A stretch of 27,521 nt of DNA from a virus (lineage: Duplodnaviria > Caudoviricetes). The stretch lies in IMG/VR virus record IMGVR_UViG_3300025018_000471, positions 1-27,521 of that record. One strand, given 5' to 3'. How positions within the stretch are numbered: the first letter of the stretch is position 1; each line of letters opens with the position of its first letter. Below, one piece after another: positions 21,803 through 27,521 of this stretch. The notes under the pieces were generated by a model. The model made no database searches. It was not told the DNA's origin and worked only from the letters and a program-made list of their open reading frames with translations. A program made the translations under genes and the position numbers.

Positions 21803-24303
21803 ATCGCTAGTTTTGAGTTAAGTCTTAATTTACCCATTATTGATTCACCAACTTTATTTGAGATTTCGCGCAAATCCATTTTGTTGCTAATGTTGTTGCC
21901 AGTAATGTTTACTTGGATGCTTAACCCCCCACCGATACCAGAGTTCGGAACAATATTACCAGTGGCTCCTGGCACGAAAATTTCTGGCCCTTTTTCTCCC
22001 ACAAGATAAGCTTCTCCAAATTGAACAGGACCTCCGGCAGCACGAGCGCCTGAGATGTTAACACTGGCGTTCATTATGCTAATACTCTCAGCCGCCCTGG
22101 CATCAGCTATAGCCTTTGCTAATTTTTTAAACATCTCTATTTCAGCATTAACTACATCAGCTGTTTTTTTAAGATGAATGTCCATCGTCTTCGCATACTC
22201 GATGTTAGCCTGATCCATTAACACATTAATTTGCTGTACTTTGGCAGTAAACAATTCAACCTCAATGCGTTCTTTTTCCCGGAGAGCGGCAAGTTCATTC
22301 TGTAGGTCAGACATTTTAGCGTTGTACTCTTGCAAAGCTAGAGAACGCTTTGTTTGATAATCTTCAATAGATTTTTGAAGGTCGGTAAGTCCCGATCTAC
22401 GACGAGCTTCAATAATTTCAGCCTGTATACCTGCAGTAAAATTAGCGCTTTGTTTTAGAGCTTCTTCTTCTTTGGTTAAAGTAGCTTGTATTTCTGCTCT
22501 TTTTTTAGCATCCGTCTCCTCAGATAATTGTTGTTTTAAATCGGCAATTTTCTCTTCAGTACTAATAACCTGTTCGGCAACGCTTTTATTATCACTGACC
22601 AATCCCCTGGAATAATCAGATTGAAGATTTGCCATTGACTTGCGAGTATCATCTATCTCCTTGCGGATACTGGCGAGCTTTTCTCGATGATCCTTACCAA
22701 GTTTTACTAACGATTCTTCGCCCGACTGTTTAAGGTTTTGATATTCCTTACCTAAGTCTTCCATCGCCTTTGCTAAATCTTCAGTTTTTTCCTTTGATTT
22801 ATCTTTAGCAGAAGCCTCTTCTGCATAAGATGATGCCGCATTAGCTGCTAGATCAACTCCTCTTCTTGCTGCCTCTTCTTGCATTCTTAGCTGAGCTTCC
22901 ATTTGAGCTTGTATGTTATCCGACTCTCTTTGCTTGGCGGCTTTAGTATCTTCTTCCATCTGATTAACTAAATCGCCCAGCGCAATAAATTTTTGGCGGC
23001 TCTTCTCAACATCAAATTGAAAATCTAATTTTAAATCAGCTTTTCCAATATCTACACCAACTTTTTCTAAAAGACCAGAAAGGTAATTGTAGGCCTGATT
23101 ACCCTTGTCTAACATTTTATTTAAAAATCCTATAGTTGCATTGCCTAGCTCTTTTAAAGCCATAACAATTACCTGCCCGAGAGCAGCCATTCCTGCCCCA
23201 ATAACTGCAAAAGCATTATTAAGGCCTCCAAATCTATTAGACAAATAAGCAACAGCTACAGCGGCCGCAGCCAACCCTCCGGTCATGATAACCATCTTAG
23301 CGGTGCTTAACATCATCACAGCTGTGGCAGTTCTATTTGCTGCGCTAAATAAAACAATCATTCCTTGAGCAACTCCGATCGCCTTAGACATAGCGTAAAA
23401 TACACCTATAGCGCTAATGCCAACTGCAACTAGCTTAGTCACTTCAATTATTGAATCTTTATTAGATGTTATAAATTCTGTCAGTTGAGTAGCTGCTACT
23501 TTAATTTTTATTGAATACTGATCAACTACAGGTAAAAAAGCTTTGCCTATTTCTTCTTTTAATTCTCCAACGGCATTCTTTGCCTGTTCCATCGGATCTG
23601 CTAAGTTCTTTGCCATGCCGCCAAACTCTGTACCTATTTCAGAAAGAATTACTTTTTGTGCAGAAACTACATCACCCATCTTTATAAAATTTTCTATCAT
23701 TGATTTTTGGGTCGCCGTAAAAGTAACACCATTTCTTTGAAGAGAAGATATCCCGTTGATTGGGTCATTTAATGCTTTGCCAAGTAAAATAGCAGTATTT
23801 TTTAACTGTTCACTTGATGGAGTGACGCCAGAATTCAAAGCTGTGGCCATGTCTAACATTGCTTCTGTTGCTTGCGGAAATACATTTTTTCCAATCCTAG
23901 TAAAGGTAAGCAGCATGTTTTGTCCGGTTAGTATTGCATCGTCTTCAATACTAGTCATACTCGAAAGCTCTTGTGCTATTTCGTTGACAGCCGCGGCAGT
24001 CATTCCGGAAATATAACTTGTTGAAGACAAAACGGAATTTAATTGCAGTTGATTTCGAACTGCTTCCTTACCCTCGCTTACTGCAGTCTTCATAAAACTA
24101 GAAACAGCCCTTAGGCTGTTCTTTGCCAAATCCCAAGCGGCAACACCTTTAAAAACGGACGCAGTCATATTTTCATTCTGCTTCTTAGCTTCCTTGCCTG
24201 CAGAGCTGAATTTATCTATTTCATTGCGTACGTTTTTTATTTCCTTAGTAGCATTATCAATAGCACTAAGAATGACTTGTAGTTCAACTTTCTGATCCGC
24301 CAT
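21799..24303 (-). CDS. Tail tape measure protein
   Basis: 834 aa, Ala-rich and helical; LGKALNDPINGISSLQRNGV, central hydrophobic segment, C-terminal RAAGGPV...LVGEKGPEIFVP. Confidence 0.93.
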   Translation of the reverse strand: MADQKVELQVILSAIDNATKEIKNVRNEIDKFSSAGKEAKKQNENMTASVFKGVAAWDLAKNSLRAVSSFMKTAVSEGKEAVRNQLQLNSVLSSTSYISGMTAAAVNEIAQELSSMTSIEDDAILTGQNMLLTFTRIGKNVFPQATEAMLDMATALNSGVTPSSEQLKNTAILLGKALNDPINGISSLQRNGVTFTATQKSMIENFIKMGDVVSAQKVILSEIGTEFGGMAKNLADPMEQAKNAVGELKEEIGKAFLPVVDQYSIKIKVAATQLTEFITSNKDSIIEVTKLVAVGISAIGVFYAMSKAIGVAQGMIVLFSAANRTATAVMMLSTAKMVIMTGGLAAAAVAVAYLSNRFGGLNNAFAVIGAGMAALGQVIVMALKELGNATIGFLNKMLDKGNQAYNYLSGLLEKVGVDIGKADLKLDFQFDVEKSRQKFIALGDLVNQMEEDTKAAKQRESDNIQAQMEAQLRMQEEAARRGVDLAANAASSYAEEASAKDKSKEKTEDLAKAMEDLGKEYQNLKQSGEESLVKLGKDHREKLASIRKEIDDTRKSMANLQSDYSRGLVSDNKSVAEQVISTEEKIADLKQQLSEETDAKKRAEIQATLTKEEEALKQSANFTAGIQAEIIEARRRSGLTDLQKSIEDYQTKRSLALQEYNAKMSDLQNELAALREKERIEVELFTAKVQQINVLMDQANIEYAKTMDIHLKKTADVVNAEIEMFKKLAKAIADARAAESISIMNASVNISGARAAGGPVQFGEAYLVGEKGPEIFVPGATGNIVPNSGIGGGLSIQVNITGNNISNKMDLREISNKVGESIMGKLRLNSKLAI

Positions 24304-24506
24304 ATTTATTCCTTAGATATTCTTTAGCATGACCCTCGGCCTGCATTCTAGTAATAATAATGTCTATGAAAGGCTGGGGTTGCTCAAGAAAAGTATAATA
24401 ATCCCAGCCTCCCATATATTTACAGACCTCAATTATTGTGCCTCTACTTGGGCAACCTCCTTCTGCTCGGAAGAAATCGAAGTATTCGTCAAAGAGGTTT
24501 TTTTTT
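24284..24506 (-). CDS. -1 frameshift extension of the tail assembly chaperone (gpGT-like)
   Basis: After GAA AAA AAA the -1 frame reads NLFDEYFDFFRAEGGCPSRGTIIEVCKYMGGWDYYTFLEQPQPFIDIIITRMQAEGHAKEYLRNKYGGSES* and overlaps the TMP start. Confidence 0.82.
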
Positions 24507-24795
24507 CCTCGTCATCAAGAGCATTCACAGAATACTCACCCTTAATAATTTTCATTATTAAGCTGTCAACTATTTTGTACTCCTGATAGGATAGATCGAT
24601 TAGACGATCATAAACATTCTCTTTACTGCCATCTACGGAGACAACAATTGACTCATAAAGAGATCTATTAGAATCCTTTGAATCGTTCAAGGCCAACATG
24701 TCTTTGGCTTTGATATAGGTATAATGCTCAACAACTAAACCGCTAGGAAGCGTTATAGTGTCTGTTGGTCTGGTTTCTTTTACTTGGTCGTTCAT
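24433..24795 (-). CDS. Tail assembly chaperone (gpG-like)
   Basis: Lies between tail tube and TMP; A9 slippery run near the 3' end. Confidence 0.85.
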   Translation of the reverse strand: MNDQVKETRPTDTITLPSGLVVEHYTYIKAKDMLALNDSKDSNRSLYESIVVSVDGSKENVYDRLIDLSYQEYKIVDSLIMKIIKGEYSVNALDDEEKKTSLTNTSISSEQKEVAQVEAQ

Positions 24796-24817
24796 ATGTT
24801 TGATTTAAAGAAACGAC

Positions 24818-24860
24818 CAACTGGGCGGGCGCGCCTCTTAACGAGTTCCTCGCCCAGTTG
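24818..24860 (-). promoter_or_regulatory. Stem-loop downstream of the major tail gene
   Basis: CAACUGGGCG/CGCCCAGUUG 10-bp stem with an inner CUC/GAG hairpin. Confidence 0.6.
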
Positions 24861-24873
24861 ACGTTATTATTTA

Positions 24874-25869
24874 TTAGTAACTAGCTTGGACATTAGTCGC
24901 TACTATAGACACCATCTTGGCATCAGTAGTGCTGTAATGTGCTTTAAAGCCAATTGTTTGACGAATCACATCTCCCACCTTAATTGGTCTGGTTAATTCA
25001 GTGAATGTGACTTTATTAAGGTCAATCTTGATGCGAGGATTTGCAGCGGTACCAATAGTGACGCCGGTATTTACTAAATCAATGCGCATTGCCTTAGTGG
25101 TTCCCGCCATGAATGCGGTTTTGAAGTCGGCCTCATTCTGCCATACAGCTTCAATTTCTCCATCGATAGCAATACTCTTATTTAAGAAGTCTGCCGGCTC
25201 AAGGCTACCTAGCACATCATCGCTTTCAAGTGCCTTATTGATATTTAATTTAAATCCTTTAACTGCGATTGCCGATGCTCCATCGAGACCAGCTATAGCT
25301 GAAGCAAGCTTTAAAGAAAAGTGATCGGCCGAAAATAAATTTTCAGCGGTGGTAGCCGGGGTTAAACCAGCTCCTACAACTACACCAGTTTTTGCCATCA
25401 TCTTGATGTCAAAGGTAATAAACTTTCTTGCTTCATAAGCAAGGCTGAGAGAGTCAACACAACTCAAAGCATGCGTATAATCTGCACCAGCTAACGGATC
25501 ATTTAAAAATGATGTGAGTGCTTGGTGCTGAACACTTTGACCAACGGAGAATGTGTGGTCTTTAACTGAAGCATCAGCATCAGCATTGTCTCCGGTAGAA
25601 ATAGCTCCTAAAGCTGACAGGAGTAGAAGAGGGAAAGTTTTATCTCCCACATTACCCTTAACACTAATTTCCGCGTGCTTGCCGACCTGCTTTGCCTCAA
25701 TTGTTTCCTCAATAACTCCTTGAGACTGATCATTATAAACTTGGTCAATTTTTTCTTCGACAGAAGCTTCAACAAACGGTAGCCAAAAAGTAGCGGCCGC
25801 CTCTGCTGTTCCTCTGACAGTTTCTTTTGCAAATCCAACCTGGATTTGTCTGCCTATTCCTTTACTCAT
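24874..25869 (-). CDS. Major tail tube protein
   Basis: 331 aa, MSKGIGRQIQVGFAKETVRGT...NVQASY, beta-rich; position before chaperone and TMP. Confidence 0.88.
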   Translation of the reverse strand: MSKGIGRQIQVGFAKETVRGTAEAAATFWLPFVEASVEEKIDQVYNDQSQGVIEETIEAKQVGKHAEISVKGNVGDKTFPLLLLSALGAISTGDNADADASVKDHTFSVGQSVQHQALTSFLNDPLAGADYTHALSCVDSLSLAYEARKFITFDIKMMAKTGVVVGAGLTPATTAENLFSADHFSLKLASAIAGLDGASAIAVKGFKLNINKALESDDVLGSLEPADFLNKSIAIDGEIEAVWQNEADFKTAFMAGTTKAMRIDLVNTGVTIGTAANPRIKIDLNKVTFTELTRPIKVGDVIRQTIGFKAHYSTTDAKMVSIVATNVQASY

Positions 25870-25880
25870 ATTGGTTAAAT

Positions 25881-26039
25881 TTAATTAATAAGTTGTTTTT
25901 CTTTCTCCCATTTCACTAGCGCTTCATTGTAATTCTCAGCCTTTATCGACATAGGCTGGTATTTACCCTCGCCGGAAAAATGGTACAGCGTTTTATTTTT
26001 AGGCGTTTCGCTGCTTGCCGCCGTCTGATTGTTTTTCAT
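25881..26039 (-). CDS. 52-aa hypothetical protein
   Basis: Hand translation MKNNQTAASSETPKNKTLYHFSGEGKYQPMSIKAENYNEALVKWEKEKQLIN; fills the gap between tail terminator and tube genes. Confidence 0.65.
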   Translation of the reverse strand: MKNNQTAASSETPKNKTLYHFSGEGKYQPMSIKAENYNEALVKWEKEKQLIN

Positions 26040-26041
26040 AT

Positions 26042-26458
26042 TTATATTATTGATTTAATTGTTTTAGCTTCAAGTGATAGACCAAAAATTGCCACTGGCT
26101 GACTATACTCCTGCGAATACTCCGGAGCCATTCCTTGCTTAATCTGGAAGTGAACAGCCTCTCCTCCCAATGTCATGTGATCGTCTTTTCTAAGTTCAGC
26201 ACTAATATAATCGGAGAGAGTCAGCATCTTTTCATAACCAGCCAAGCTTTCCTGAGTCGGATAGATTAAGCGAATAATGAAACGTTCAGTTAAGATATTA
26301 TTTGCGCTATCTAGAACCTCTTCTTCAAACCCCTGGCTTAAAAGCATGGCGGCCGGGAAACTAGATGGCATGCTTTCCATATACTGAAATTTAAGCGGCA
26401 AAATGTTTGTCGGAATAGTATCTAGAATATCTTTAATTTTTTTAATAGCGGTCAACAT
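26042..26458 (-). CDS. Tail terminator / tail completion protein
   Basis: 138 aa with SFPAAML and DHMTLGG; canonical position. Confidence 0.7.
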   Translation of the reverse strand: MLTAIKKIKDILDTIPTNILPLKFQYMESMPSSFPAAMLLSQGFEEEVLDSANNILTERFIIRLIYPTQESLAGYEKMLTLSDYISAELRKDDHMTLGGEAVHFQIKQGMAPEYSQEYSQPVAIFGLSLEAKTIKSII

Positions 26459-26459
26459 T

Positions 26460-26900
26460 TTATTTTTTGTTTATTAATTTTAAAGCTATTAAGCGCCTCT
26501 TCAGTCCGGGAAGATTATCTTTAATTGCCCTGGTCAAATAGTACTTAGGCCTAATAGTCACACTTTTTACTGAGACCCATCCGAAACGTCCTTTAAATTT
26601 TAAATACTTTCCATTCTTCGGCTTTATTTCTCCTCCATATTCTTGAATTCTCGCATATACCACATTAGATCCGAGAGCGCCTATTATTTTATCGGCCGTA
26701 GAATTTATTTTATGGGTTATAGAACTGGCTAACGTTCCTGATTTATATGGGGCATATCCTGGCTTCTTGGCTGTAGTCTGCATATCTAGAAGCGTATAAA
26801 CCATTGCATCTTTAGACCCCCTTATAAGATTTTCATTAACTTTTTCTAAACCTTTTATTAAAACATCTACGCCATCTTTTCTTATTTCAAATTTAAACAT
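26460..26900 (-). CDS. HK97 gp10-like neck/tail completion protein
   Basis: APYKSGTLASSI, GSNVVYARIQEYGG and RPKYYLTRA. Confidence 0.85.
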   Translation of the reverse strand: MFKFEIRKDGVDVLIKGLEKVNENLIRGSKDAMVYTLLDMQTTAKKPGYAPYKSGTLASSITHKINSTADKIIGALGSNVVYARIQEYGGEIKPKNGKYLKFKGRFGWVSVKSVTIRPKYYLTRAIKDNLPGLKRRLIALKLINKK

Positions 26901-26909
26901 TTTGGTTGT

Positions 26910-27230
26910 CTATGTTTTATGTTGCGCATTCATGGTTATCCGATAAAGGTCTTGGCCATCCGGATTATTTTCGTGTCTTTCAATTCCGCTTACTCTATAT
27001 TCCCTGTTCTTATCATCAATTACTTTTGCCCCTATCTCGATGGCCACTGGATCAATAAACATATCAAATATCTCGAGGTTGGCCTGATCGCCTAGCACTT
27101 GGACCAAGTCGGCTCCTTTGCTCTCTATATAGGCCTCTACGCCTGTCAGGTTGGCGGTTGCCGGGTAAGTGTCGGTATTTGTGCCAAATTGCAAATTGTA
27201 GACCGATACGGTCGCATTAGTGCCTATCAT
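26910..27230 (-). CDS. Head closure (stopper) protein
   Basis: 106 aa beta-rich protein between connector and gp10-like genes. Confidence 0.65.
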   Translation of the reverse strand: MIGTNATVSVYNLQFGTNTDTYPATANLTGVEAYIESKGADLVQVLGDQANLEIFDMFIDPVAIEIGAKVIDDKNREYRVSGIERHENNPDGQDLYRITMNAQHKT

Positions 27231-27521
27231 ATGGCTTTTACCCCTACCTTTTTGTATGGCTTTAGGAGGTCGTTAAATTGATTAAATTCAGAGTCAGAGG
27301 CAAAGCTCACGGTCTTCGACCCAATCGTGTAGCTCTTAAGTTTCGGATTCTTCCGGGAGTTCATCAGGTTGGAGACATAAATCATAATCGCCAAGCGAAT
27401 ATCTTCCGGCATGTTTTCTTTCTGATTACTTGAAAGCTGCAGACTGCTTCCCGATAAAGCTAACCTGACGGAATCAGACGTCGTTATTGTCCTCCCTACG
27501 ACTTGCGGGTTGGTTCCCTCA
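27227..27521 (-). CDS. Head-tail adaptor/connector (5' end outside the window)
   Basis: MPEDIRLAIMIYV...KSYTIGSKTVSF...LLKPYK is a typical connector C-terminus. The frame stays open upstream of 27412 to the window edge. Confidence 0.7.
   Translation of the reverse strand, partial: EGTNPQVVGRTITTSDSVRLALSGSSLQLSSNQKENMPEDIRLAIMIYVSNLMNSRKNPKLKSYTIGSKTVSFASDSEFNQFNDLLKPYKKVGVKAI

Noticed and set aside
18067-27281. Short plus-strand or off-frame ORFs over tail genes (e.g. 19439, 19729, 23756, 24329, 25001, 25608)
   Set aside because: Overlap confident structural genes and show no independent coding signal.
1-27521. Stop-codon reassignment (code 25 or 15)
   Set aside because: Genes tile tightly in code 11; TGA and TAG end genes at sensible places, including ATGA overlaps.
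27413-27521. Possible intron or non-coding insert in the connector gene (Ser-rich, atypical sequence)
   Set aside because: The frame is open to the window edge and no group I or II motifs are recognisable; cannot be judged without upstream sequence.

Overview
The whole window is tailed-phage DNA (long non-contractile-tail gene layout, standard genetic code with TGA as stop). Almost every gene is on the minus strand. In reading order (right to left): head-tail connectors, tail tube, a tail chaperone with a -1 frameshift, tape measure, tail tip and receptor-binding genes; a lysis-position cassette (small membrane peptide, mini-HNH, papain-like protease); two plus-strand moron genes; a XerC/D-like recombinase; a tiny HTH gene between two tandem promoters; Sak4-like ATPase; a short replication initiator with an internal iteron origin; a membrane-anchored lytic transglycosylase; hypotheticals; ExoX-like exonuclease, SSB, VRR-NUC, HNH and ParB-fused DNA methyltransferase; TerS, TerL and portal; then two fibre-like genes, the last with a Sec signal peptide. 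Both the recombinase region and the terminase region are internal, so this is an excised/circular or concatemeric form, not an integrated prophage end. SD-less AT-rich starts and protein style suggest a Patescibacteria (CPR) host (inference). Most notable: a secreted adhesin-like fibre in the head operon, a recombinase/early switch with no CI but several structured RNA elements, an iteron plus DnaA-box origin, and several envelope-acting genes.
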